Under the pieces are notes generated by a model. The model ran no database searches. It was not told the DNA's origin and worked only from the letters and a program-made list of their open reading frames with translations. A stretch of DNA of 32,000 nt from Prochlorococcus marinus str. NATL2A (GTDB lineage Bacteria > Cyanobacteriota > Cyanobacteriia > PCC-6307 > Cyanobiaceae), in NCBI RefSeq assembly GCF_000012465.1, contig NC_007335.2, forward strand, positions 960,001 to 992,000, in the 5' to 3' direction. A program made the position numbers and the translations under genes. Positions 1-7,584 of the stretch are shown here, piece after piece. Each line of letters opens with the position of its first letter. Position 1 is the first letter of the stretch.

Positions 1-171
1 AATACTATTTACAGTAGGTGTACCACTAACAATGATTTTAAAAGGAAAGAAAGATTAAGTTATTTTCACTGACGATTTTATGGAGAATTAAATTGTGAGT
101 AACTAAACAAACAACTACAAAAAAAGGATTTAGATTAAACTCGTAAAGAGCTAATTCAAAACAAGAAAGAT

Positions 172-609
172 ATGAGTAAAGATATTAAAATTCTAAATGA
201 TATTATCAACACCTTATTTAAGTATATTCATCCAAAGAAATTTCATTTCAATTTGGTATTGCTATCAGGATTACTCTTGGTACCATTGCAACAAACCAGA
301 TCGGAAGAACTTTTTCTAAAATGTGTTGGTAAATATGAAATAAATAGAGGTGCTCTAATCAAACCAGATTGGGAAACGAGCTACCTAACAATTAATCTAG
401 ATGGATTAATATCTACTATTTACGATAAAGGAGTAAAAAAAGAAGGAAGGACTTTGATTAGACGTAATTCATACACAATAACTCAAAGAGATAATAGAAA
501 CAGCGTTAGGAATATCTACAAAATCAATGGAAAGTATGGTACCTACTCAGTTGAATCCCCACAGAGGTATAGAACTTTGATAGGTACTTGTCAAAAAGGA
601 AGAGGTTAA
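172..609 (+). CDS. hypothetical protein with N-terminal hydrophobic segment
   Basis: 145-aa track ORF with an ATG start. The hydrophobic stretch FNLVLLSGLLLVPL near the N-terminus suggests a signal or anchor. No family recognised. Confidence 0.45.
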   Translation: MSKDIKILNDIINTLFKYIHPKKFHFNLVLLSGLLLVPLQQTRSEELFLKCVGKYEINRGALIKPDWETSYLTINLDGLISTIYDKGVKKEGRTLIRRNSYTITQRDNRNSVRNIYKINGKYGTYSVESPQRYRTLIGTCQKGRG

Positions 610-660
610 GAAGATTGATTTAAAAATATAAAATACTACTTCAATTATTTTCTAAATCAA

Positions 661-801
661 TTAATTGTCGCTTCCTTTACTTTGATCAAGACCTTGAGCT
701 CTGCGGTTTTTGGCAATACCTCCAACCCCAAGCACCAAGAAAATCATATAGAAAAATAAAGTAGAAATAATCGTAATGATTGAAATCGTGGCAATATTCA
801 T
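661..801 (-). CDS. small single-TM membrane protein (46 aa), hypothetical
   Basis: Hand translation gives MNIATISIITIISTLFFYMIFLVLGVGGIAKNRRAQGLDQSKGSDN: one hydrophobic helix followed by a basic/polar tail. It falls below the track length cutoff. Confidence 0.3.
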   Translation of the reverse strand: MNIATISIITIISTLFFYMIFLVLGVGGIAKNRRAQGLDQSKGSDN

Positions 802-1127
802 TAAAAAAATATTGATTTAATTTGTTCTCTAAATCTAACAGGAAGTGTCAATACAACCACTTAAGTAAAGACAACAGTAACGCCACTGATAAGTATCGCA
901 AACGTAATAATGAAAAAAGGCAGAACTTGAATTTTATTGTTATTCATAGAAATCGATTTTTTTATACGGTAATAAAATCACAAAGAGGACGAGACGAATA
1001 ACTACGCAAAAACATTAGTAATAACCGGCCTACAATAATTTTTTTTGTAAAAAGCAATTATTTAAGAAGACTTTAAGTATATAAATTATTAGATAGAATT
1101 TAAAAATGCTTTCAATCTTAAGTTGAT

Positions 1128-1421
1128 ATGTGGGTAAGCATAGATCTTTGCTTAGTACCAATAGGGGTAGGTGTCTCATTATCTCCATACATAAAGACGT
1201 GCTTATCAATTATTGAGGAACATAAGCTTGAGCATGAACTGGGTCCAAATGGAACTGCAATTGAAGGGGAGTGGGATCAAGTTTTTGAATGCGTAAAGAA
1301 ATGCCATGAGGCAGTTCATAGCAAAGGTGCTCCACGTGTTTATACAACATTAAAAGTAAATACACGTACAGATAAGAAGCAATTATTTAAAGAAAAAGTG
1401 GGAAGTGTAAGAGGCTCATAG
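1128..1421 (+). CDS. MTH1187/YkoF-like (DUF77, UPF0045) small protein
   Basis: 97-aa ORF. The pattern VSIDLCLVPIGVGVSLSPYI...ELGPNGTAIEGEWDQVFECVKKCHE is typical of the DUF77/thiamine-binding YkoF-like family. Confidence 0.6.
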   Translation: MWVSIDLCLVPIGVGVSLSPYIKTCLSIIEEHKLEHELGPNGTAIEGEWDQVFECVKKCHEAVHSKGAPRVYTTLKVNTRTDKKQLFKEKVGSVRGS

Positions 1422-1542
1422 CAAAAGAATGTAAAAGCATTAAGAAAAAGTTTAAAACCCTAAAACAAAAGAAAGATCCCAACATTTACCCATGCATACT
1501 CATAGAAGTACTGATATAAAAGAAATACCAGCACGGTAATTA

Positions 1543-1644
1543 ATGACTATCTTTGCTCGTCTAAGCAGATCAGAAGTTATTCACGGAAGAGTGGCTATGT
1601 TTATCGTTGCTATCTGGTTATTCACAAACTATCTAATTCGTTAA
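1543..1644 (+). CDS. mini HLIP-like single-helix protein (33 aa)
   Basis: Hand translation gives MTIFARLSRSEVIHGRVAMFIVAIWLFTNYLIR. It contains the chlorophyll-binding-type motif E-x-x-H-G-R-x-A-M followed by a hydrophobic helix. Not in the track because it is under 60 aa. Confidence 0.4.
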   Translation: MTIFARLSRSEVIHGRVAMFIVAIWLFTNYLIR

Positions 1645-1820
1645 GAATGGCTAACCCTATTAAAACTTGGTTTTTTGAATTAATCGAAGATGCGATAGGC
1701 AGTAAAGCTATGAAGCAATTTAAGGAAGAAGAAGAAGGAAAAAAAAAGAATTCCGAATCAAATGATGAGCCCAAACAAAATTAGTTGTTAAAGACTCCTA
1801 GTTATATAGCCAACCAAGAA

Positions 1821-1991
1821 TCAATCCCATTCAGCCGCAACAGCTCTTAAGCCACTAGCAATGATTTCGTTGGGGCAATTAGTATCCTCCTTTAAGGCCT
1901 TAGCTGCAAGATGAACGTTCTCCCAAAATACAGACACTGCTCCAGTTTTTTGGTCATCAGAGAATTTAAAATCCTCAAAAGCTTTTGGCAT
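1821..1991 (-). CDS. small hypothetical protein (56 aa)
   Basis: Hand translation gives MPKAFEDFKFSDDQKTGAVSVFWENVHLAAKALKEDTNCPNEIIASGLRAVAAEWD. The composition looks like a soluble protein. No family recognised. Confidence 0.3.
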   Translation of the reverse strand: MPKAFEDFKFSDDQKTGAVSVFWENVHLAAKALKEDTNCPNEIIASGLRAVAAEWD

Positions 1992-2583
1992 TTTCCTATT
2001 TTTTTTTAAGTTCTAGCAAAAAATTCATTCATCAACTTTAATCTTCACTGCTTCAGTGTAATTATCTTTTTTATTATCTAAAAATAGTTTCCTTGTGATT
2101 AAAACTGCCATGGTCGTTAAAAATATAAAGCCAACACTTTGAACAAAATCTATATAGGTTGCCAAAAAATGAGTCATTGGAAACTTGATTTTTTCAAATG
2201 TAGAGGAAAAAAATCAAATGACAAATTCAACAACACAAAAGCAATAAACAGTAACTTAATGATCTGTTGAAGCCAAATAGCTATCACCCAACAAGGTACC
2301 AGTACCTAAATCAAAAACATTATCCAAATTAGATAACAACTCTTTTAATTCTTCTCCACTGATTCTTTTAATTTCTTGGTAAGTTTCTTTAGACATCGAA
2401 AAAATAAAATCAGATGCAAATTTAACCACTCCCAATCAGTCTCAGAGACCGTAAAGACCGATAGGGGTAATTGCCTTTCGGCATACTTCAATAAAAAGAA
2501 ATTATGACAATAATTAGTTTGCTTGTATTAAAATTTCTAATCAATACCACAAAGAAATTAACGATACCTATGAGTAATAGATG

Positions 2584-3241
2584 TTAAGTAATTATTCCTA
2601 CACGGCTGACAGTGGTTTGTTCTTATATTTTTTGAACTTCTCAGGACAACCTTCTTTTTATACTGAGCTTTAGAAGGTTGTTTCTTTGAATAAAAAACGT
2701 CAGTGCTCCTCCCCAGAAGCCAATCAATAGATGACCAATTCCATTGATTGCCTGACGTACACTTATCCTAGATTTTCCTTTTCATCAATAGTTCTGTAGG
2801 ACCGTACGTCTTAAGTAGGGAAACCGTAAAAAGAATAATCTCTTTTAACTAGACATTTAAAAAGGGCCCGAGGGGGCCCTTTTTCTTTACCGATTCTTTG
2901 GAAGCTTCTGGATATTGGTGGCCTGGGGCCAAGTGTCTAGTAGAAAGGCTTTTTTACTCCGTTAGGGCACCTAAACGATGCAGAGGAGCTTCGACTGAAT
3001 TGACGCACCTAAATCATTGATCCTTGTCGCATCAGACGAATAGCCTACTTATTCATTGAGAATGTTGGAGCAGGAACCAGAATTCAGTTCGCTTCTCTTA
3101 AATACTCAGGTGGAGTGTCGACCATCAATGGTGCCTCTGAGCTCAACAAACGTATCTTTGCTCTATTCGCACCTCAACGCAATCAGCCTTAATGCCCATT
3201 GCATTTCCACTACACCTGATCAAAAATAGTAAGTTTGGGGT
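2584..3241. repeat. direct repeat copy A (~658 bp, non-coding, G+C-enriched)
   Basis: Aligns end to end with 28612-29270 in the same orientation. By manual alignment 2584-2728 is identical, 2729-2849 carries about 15 substitutions plus one 1-nt indel, and 2850-3241 carries 2 substitutions. All six frames are broken by stops. Confidence 0.95.
2859..2884. terminator. bidirectional intrinsic-terminator-like hairpin inside repeat copy A
   Basis: Sequence AAAAAGGGCCCgaggGGGCCCTTTTT: a 6-bp GC stem flanked by an A-run and a T-run, so it reads as a hairpin plus U-tract on either strand. Confidence 0.7.
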
Positions 3242-3273
3242 ATAAGAATTTTATCTCAAATCAAAACATCAAT

Positions 3274-3618
3274 ATGTCGAGAGAACAAACAAGCAAACAA
3301 GATCAAATAAGCAATTTCGGTGAAATAGCTAAAGGATGTAGAACTGATAATCAAAAAATTGAATTTTTCGATTCATCTAAGGAAGCATTTTTCACAGATT
3401 CAATTGAATCAACAAGCTCGGTTAATGAAGATATCCCTAAAGACTTAGACGACGGGTTTTACGTATACGCAAATATGAAAAAACTTAGCGAAACGGAGCT
3501 TGAAGAGTTGAAAAGTCTGCCATGGAAAGAATACCCAGAAAACTTTAAGATATTTTTATTCGATTTTTGCATCTTAAATGGTGATGCATATTCAAAATAC
3601 TTCCCCAATTCAAAGTAG
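3274..3618 (+). CDS. hypothetical acidic protein
   Basis: The track ORF 3235-3618 starts at a TTG that lies inside the repeat end. The first ATG (3274, MSREQTSKQ...) is the more plausible start. No family recognised. Confidence 0.5.
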   Translation: MSREQTSKQDQISNFGEIAKGCRTDNQKIEFFDSSKEAFFTDSIESTSSVNEDIPKDLDDGFYVYANMKKLSETELEELKSLPWKEYPENFKIFLFDFCILNGDAYSKYFPNSK

Positions 3619-3850
3619 TTTTAGTGATTTTCAGAGGTGTCAGCAAAGACAATCCTGAAAAAGCGATCGTTGTAGTTCAAGCTTAAGAGGGTGTCTTAGG
3701 AAAACATATACAAGAGAACATTGAAATATTTGAAAAAAAATGGTGCAGTCATGACTACGGCAGAACTTAGTCTCTGGTCTTGAGGATCCAAATTGCTTAG
3801 GTATAAATAAAGAATCAAATCAAAAGATTAGTCTCAATTAAATCTGAACA

Positions 3851-4120
3851 ATGATTAGAAATCTGTTTTTCTTAATTCTCGGAGCATTTAGCGGTCTTTG
3901 GTTTATATGGCCTCAAATCATTACGACCAAAGGTTGGGAATGCACAAAAGATGTTATTGCATCTTCTAATGAAGATTTAACAGATATTGAATCATTAGTT
4001 GAATCATTGCCAAACAGAATCAAATTAGGCTTGGCTGTTTCCCCAAAAACATTGCTAAAGAGAGAGAACCTTACTCGTATCGAGAAGCTTAGAATTGTTG
4101 GAGATGCTTGCTTTAGATAA
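3851..4120 (+). CDS. hypothetical membrane-anchored protein
   Basis: 89-aa ORF with N-terminal helix LFFLILGAFSGLWFIW. The overlapping antisense ORF 3913-4131 looks like a shadow. Confidence 0.55.
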   Translation: MIRNLFFLILGAFSGLWFIWPQIITTKGWECTKDVIASSNEDLTDIESLVESLPNRIKLGLAVSPKTLLKRENLTRIEKLRIVGDACFR

Positions 4121-4174
4121 TTTAAAACCACAAACGAAAATTATCATTATAAATATCAACAAAAAGTTGGCGTC

Positions 4175-4678
4175 TTAACTTATCAAAGCAATCGCTTCTT
4201 TTAATTCGTTCGCATGATTGATCTCATCTTGAGCAATTTCACGTATCCTCTGATCGTTTGGATTAACTGTTAGATACTTTGCATAAGTTTCATACGCATG
4301 CTCTTCAATTTTTATATTGATATCGTATGCATTTGATGGAGAGAGTAAGTAATAAAAAACCATTACCCAGTAATAGAAGAGCACTAAATGCCTAGCAAGA
4401 AATCGATCAACCCAATATCTATTGCCGCTTCGTGATTCCATCTCCTCTAAATGCTCCGTCTCATTGATTGCTTGGTAAAAATGAGCCTTCATAAGCTTGT
4501 TACTTAAAGGAGTCTTTAGGCCAAGCGATTCTTGTAAATGCAAAACTGATAAGAATGCAAAATAAGGTGCTCTAGCGATTACCTCAAGAACCCAAAAACG
4601 TTGAATCGGTCTACCCTCGTAGATCCGATCAAGAATACTTACACTAAAATCTAAAACAAGTGAATTAAAACCTTTCAT
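4175..4678 (-). CDS. ptox: plastoquinol terminal oxidase (PTOX / alternative-oxidase family di-iron protein)
   Basis: 167 aa with the di-iron carboxylate motifs LEVIARAPYF, NETEHLEEME, EEHAYETY and DEINHANEL (ExxH repeats), as in the AOX/PTOX family. Confidence 0.85.
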   Translation of the reverse strand: MKGFNSLVLDFSVSILDRIYEGRPIQRFWVLEVIARAPYFAFLSVLHLQESLGLKTPLSNKLMKAHFYQAINETEHLEEMESRSGNRYWVDRFLARHLVLFYYWVMVFYYLLSPSNAYDINIKIEEHAYETYAKYLTVNPNDQRIREIAQDEINHANELKEAIALIS

Positions 4679-4796
4679 AGTCCCTTAGCTAACTATTTAA
4701 GTATAAATACTTAGCAAAAGAAGTTGAGTAATAACTAATTTATTTAACTATCGATAGCTACTTAAGCTGAATATGGAAGTGGACCAAAGATTAAAT

Positions 4797-4973
4797 CTAT
4801 CTTGCTCGAACAGGCTGGTAAGTAGGAATCATCTTTCCTCCACCGAAATCGTCATCATCATCTGGAAGCGCTCTTGAGATTAGTTCTACCAGAACTAGAG
4901 CAGCCATAGGATAGAAACACCATAAAACAGCTTTCCAGATGGGAAATGAGTCAACTAGCTGAAGCTCAGACAT
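4797..4973 (-). CDS. small single-TM protein with poly-Asp/Gly tail (58 aa), family member 1
   Basis: Hand translation gives MSELQLVDSFPIWKAVLWCFYPMAALVLVELISRALPDDDDDFGGGKMIPTYQPVRAR. The tail motif is shared with 7408-7584 and 29707-29841. Confidence 0.5.
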   Translation of the reverse strand: MSELQLVDSFPIWKAVLWCFYPMAALVLVELISRALPDDDDDFGGGKMIPTYQPVRAR

Positions 4974-5186
4974 GTATCAGAAAATTGTTTGCACAAACCT
5001 AACTGATCTAAAAATATTTAGTGTTACGGTTAGCACGAAGTGAATGTTTATCTAATCGAAACTTGTGTAAAAAAATTACTTCAAGCCGTCTAAGTTTTCC
5101 ACAGCTTCAGAGTCACTAAATAACTCCAAGATCTAAATAAAAAGCAATTCCAATAAAAAAGACCCTAGGTATGGTGTCCTACGGGC

Positions 5187-5203
5187 CTGGGTGATGGGGA
5201 TCT
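5187..5203 (+). repeat. 17-nt motif CTGGGTGATGGGGATCT, copy 1
   Basis: Exact 17-mer found again at 5343-5359. Each copy lies downstream of an AAAAAGACCC start-like motif (about 5156 and about 5275). Confidence 0.8.
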
Positions 5204-5342
5204 TATTTTTAACTGTTTTTCAAGCAAATTGCAACCCCTACCATATCTGGTGTTAGAAAGATTAAAAAAACAGAAAAAAAGACCCATATCTGGAATTATT
5301 AGCTTGCGTAATATGTACACAGCGAGTAGTATTTTCGAATTA

Positions 5343-5359
5343 CTGGGTGATGGGGATCT
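5343..5359 (+). repeat. 17-nt motif CTGGGTGATGGGGATCT, copy 2
   Basis: Exact repeat of 5187-5203, located 14 nt upstream of a terminator hairpin. Confidence 0.8.
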
Positions 5360-5372
5360 CTCAGTATCTACT

Positions 5373-5395
5373 CCCTCAAATTTGAGGGTTTTTTT
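5373..5395 (+). terminator. intrinsic terminator
   Basis: CCCTCAAATTTGAGGG palindrome followed by T7. Confidence 0.65.
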
Positions 5396-5489
5396 ATGCC
5401 ATGAATTTCTGCAGATAATTTCTAAGATGGATTAAGGCAAAATTAGTGAAAAACTGCTCTGATCCTTATTTTTTTCCCAAATCGAGAAG

Positions 5490-5702
5490 ATGGAACAAGT
5501 AACTGATGCAATTGGTAATCCCACAGCACTCTTAGTAGAGAGAATTTTTTGGTTGGGGTTAGGTGCATTTTTAGGACTGGCAATAATTACTTCTTTACTA
5601 AGAGGATTAAAAGAAAGTAAAAACAAAACGACACCAATTTCACCTGATCAATTAGAAAATCTTGCAAAAAAAGCGATCCAACAAAACAGTGATAGCAATT
5701 GA
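5490..5702 (+). CDS. small membrane protein, hypothetical
   Basis: 70-aa ORF with TM helix IFWLGLGAFLGLAIITSLL. The antisense ORF 5432-5626 is judged a shadow. Confidence 0.45.
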   Translation: MEQVTDAIGNPTALLVERIFWLGLGAFLGLAIITSLLRGLKESKNKTTPISPDQLENLAKKAIQQNSDSN

Positions 5703-5992
5703 TATTGGTTATCAGATATTTTTATAGCCACAAACAAATTTACTTATGGTCGTTGGGGCGAGAACCGTACAATCAGCTACCACTGATTAGATGATGAGCA
5801 TATATGCTTAATACATATTCACAAAAACAATGAAATTAGTTCCTTACATATTCATGGCTGTTGCTATCTTCTCAGAAGTTTCAACAATTGCTACGACTCC
5901 TATTATCTAATTGAATCTCATTAATTGAGTATTCAGACCTAACGCGTTCGGGTGAATACCGACGTTAGATTGTATATAACTGATTTGTATTC

Positions 5993-6253
5993 ATGCTCAA
6001 AAAGATATTTAGGGCTGCTAGTTTTTTAGCTTTGTCTGTTTTTTTAACTTCGACAACTATTTTTTCAGGAATTATTCCTGCAGCCGCCGCTCAAATGGGT
6101 TCTGATATGAACGAAGATAACTCTATGGGTATTGTGATCGAAGAGTCTAGTGATGCCTTGGATGGTTCGAAAACTAGTGCTGCCCCAGACCTCGGAGATG
6201 ATCAAGCGTTTCCTTTTATCCCAGGTTTTGGTAAAAATTCCGGAAAAGACTGA
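5993..6253 (+). CDS. small secreted acidic protein with C-terminal FPFxPGxG motif, family member 1
   Basis: Signal-peptide-like N-terminus (FLALSVFLTSTTIFSGIIPAAAA), an acidic middle, and the C-terminus GDDQAFPFIPGFGKNSGKD. Paralogous to 29971-30216. Confidence 0.6.
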   Translation: MLKKIFRAASFLALSVFLTSTTIFSGIIPAAAAQMGSDMNEDNSMGIVIEESSDALDGSKTSAAPDLGDDQAFPFIPGFGKNSGKD

Positions 6254-6354
6254 GTATCCTTCTGTTGAAAGTATTGATTGATAATAAATTACTAATTTTT
6301 TCGAAAGCTATAAAAAATCCACAGATATAAGTGGTAATTAGCTAAACCATTTTC

Positions 6355-6459
6355 ATGGAAAAATGGGAAACAAAAATAATCATTTTTGTTATGTTTGCAG
6401 TGCTTGCAATAGGGTCAATTGCGCCATTGATCAGGATGATCAGTGATCGTATTTCTTAA
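6355..6459 (+). CDS. tiny membrane protein (34 aa), hypothetical
   Basis: Hand translation gives MEKWETKIIIFVMFAVLAIGSIAPLIRMISDRIS, with one TM helix. Confidence 0.25.
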   Translation: MEKWETKIIIFVMFAVLAIGSIAPLIRMISDRIS

Positions 6460-6591
6460 GAATTAATTTGCTTGGACAAGCTGAGATTATTGAGGAACTA
6501 TTCCTAACGTGATTGCTTTTGGCATTTTTTGCTTATTTAAATTTTTATTTTGCAAAAACTGGAAAAAATGGATTAAATGCTCGAATGGAAC

Positions 6592-6620
6592 AAAAAAAAT
6601 CTAGAGAAAAATCTCTAGAT
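6592..6620 (-). terminator. intrinsic terminator of the hli pair
   Basis: On the minus strand: ATCTAGAGA-tttt-TCTCTAGAT, a 9-bp stem followed by a T-run, located 30 nt downstream of the hli stop at 6651. Confidence 0.6.
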
Positions 6621-6650
6621 TTATATGAAGATTGATTTGCCTAAAGCTAT

Positions 6651-6947
6651 TTAAAATATGCCAGGAATAATTTGACCAGTAGTGATATAAGCGCCAAGTA
6701 AAGCAATCATTCCAATCATTGCCCAACGGCCATTGGTCTTTTCTGCTTCCTCAGGGTAGTTGGAATAGTTTTCAACTAATTGAGTTTGTACTTGGGTAGC
6801 AAACATGTTTTGCTTGCCATATTCAGTAATGATCTGGTTAGAAGCAGAACTGTAAGCAGGGATTCCTGTTGGATCAACAGATTGACCTTCTGATTGATTA
6901 TCAGTTGGATCTATTGATTGATCAGAAACTGGATTACTAGAAGTCAT
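6651..6947 (-). CDS. hli: high-light-inducible protein (HLIP, one-helix CAB-like)
   Basis: C-terminus EEAEKTNGRWAMIGMIALLGAYITTGQIIPGIF. I place the start at the internal ATG (MTSSNPV...) because the longer track ORF would overlap the upstream hli. Confidence 0.85.
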   Translation of the reverse strand: MTSSNPVSDQSIDPTDNQSEGQSVDPTGIPAYSSASNQIITEYGKQNMFATQVQTQLVENYSNYPEEAEKTNGRWAMIGMIALLGAYITTGQIIPGIF

Positions 6948-6955
6948 ATAAGAAC

Positions 6956-7201
6956 CTAAAAAATACCTGGAATGATTTGACCTGTTGTTGCGTAAGCACC
7001 GAAAGCAGCAATAAAGCCGATCATTGCCATCCAACCATTAAACTTTTCTGCTTCTGGAGTCACGAGATTAAACTCAAATAATGGCCATGAATGTAAAGGA
7101 AAAGTAAAGGAATGTAAAGGGGGCACCCGTACACAGCAAAAGTTATCAGGGGTATTAGCTGAAGCAATATTTTTTATCCACGGTCTAAATAACAATTCCA
7201 C
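6956..7201 (-). CDS. hli: high-light-inducible protein (HLIP); start codon uncertain
   Basis: C-terminus PEAEKFNGWMAMIGFIAAFGAYATTGQIIPGIF. There is no in-frame ATG between 7201 and the motif, so the N-terminus may be shorter if a non-ATG start is used. Lies 8 nt upstream of the next hli. Confidence 0.75.
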   Translation of the reverse strand: MELLFRPWIKNIASANTPDNFCCVRVPPLHSFTFPLHSWPLFEFNLVTPEAEKFNGWMAMIGFIAAFGAYATTGQIIPGIF

Positions 7202-7228
7202 TAACTTTGTTGAACTTAATTCAACTAG

Positions 7229-7405
7229 ATGGATTTAATACCAGGTGTAGTTCTTTTCTTTGGAGCCATTGGAACTGTGGCTTTACTTGGTTGGGATACT
7301 TTCCAAAATCGTAAGCCAATTACTAAAGCTGAAATGCAGCAGTCTCGTGGAACTAGAGCAGCTAAGCCACAACAAAAGAGAAGAGGATTATTTAACAGAG
7401 GATAA
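7229..7405 (+). CDS. small single-TM protein with basic tail (58 aa)
   Basis: Hand translation gives MDLIPGVVLFFGAIGTVALLGWDTFQNRKPITKAEMQQSRGTRAAKPQQKRRGLFNRG. The stop is 2 nt before the next ATG. More protein-like than the antisense track ORF 7225-7422. Confidence 0.5.
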   Translation: MDLIPGVVLFFGAIGTVALLGWDTFQNRKPITKAEMQQSRGTRAAKPQQKRRGLFNRG

Positions 7406-7407
7406 TT

Positions 7408-7584
7408 ATGGGTGAAATTCAAACATACGCTTCAAACTCAGGAGATTTTAATTTCCTTTTCGTTCTAATCATTGTTGGGACTTATCTTCTTTATGAGGTT
7501 GGAAAGGCAATAATGGACAACAACGATGATGATGACATGGATGGAGGAATGACGATGCGTGTAGCAGATGGAGCACAGGCCTGA
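7408..7584 (+). CDS. small single-TM protein with poly-Asp/Gly tail (58 aa), family member 2
   Basis: Hand translation gives MGEIQTYASNSGDFNFLFVLIIVGTYLLYEVGKAIMDNNDDDDMDGGMTMRVADGAQA. Tail motif as in 4797-4973 and 29707-29841. Confidence 0.5.
   Translation: MGEIQTYASNSGDFNFLFVLIIVGTYLLYEVGKAIMDNNDDDDMDGGMTMRVADGAQA

Noticed and set aside
2750-2815. Resemblance of GACGTACGGTCC (minus strand) to the 3' half of group II intron domain V.
   Set aside because: The matching 5' half and the GAAA-type loop are absent. The similarity comes from the ACGTACGT palindrome. No reverse transcriptase or maturase ORF is nearby.
3145-3192. A tmRNA-like tag reading frame inside the repeat (NKRIFALFAPQRNQP-stop), together with GGGGCC and GGTTCGACT-like strings. 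This raised the idea that the repeat is a tmRNA or tRNA-derived att site.
   Set aside because: There is no acceptor/T-arm pairing: GGAGG-TTCGACT is not followed by CCTCC, and copy A reads GGAGCTTCG. The putative tag does not end in the usual Ala-Ala. I could draw no cloverleaf or tRNA-like domain. Only a covariance-model scan could fully exclude it.
3062-3229. A 55-aa ORF (MLEQEPEFSSLLLNTQVECRPSMVPLSSTNVSLLYSHLNAISLNAHCISTTPDQK) conserved in both repeat copies.
   Set aside because: No RBS is apparent. The Ser/Leu/Cys/His-rich composition and codon usage are unlike neighbouring genes. The two copies are identical here, so conservation carries no coding signal. Not fully excluded.
3913-4131. 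Track ORF on the minus strand, antisense to 3851-4120.
   Set aside because: The sense ORF has a clear N-terminal TM helix and a better start context. The antisense product looks like a shadow.
5229-5626. Track ORFs 5229-5435 (+) and 5432-5626 (-).
   Set aside because: The first spans the repeated 17-mer units and a terminator. The second is antisense to the more plausible membrane-protein ORF 5490-5702.
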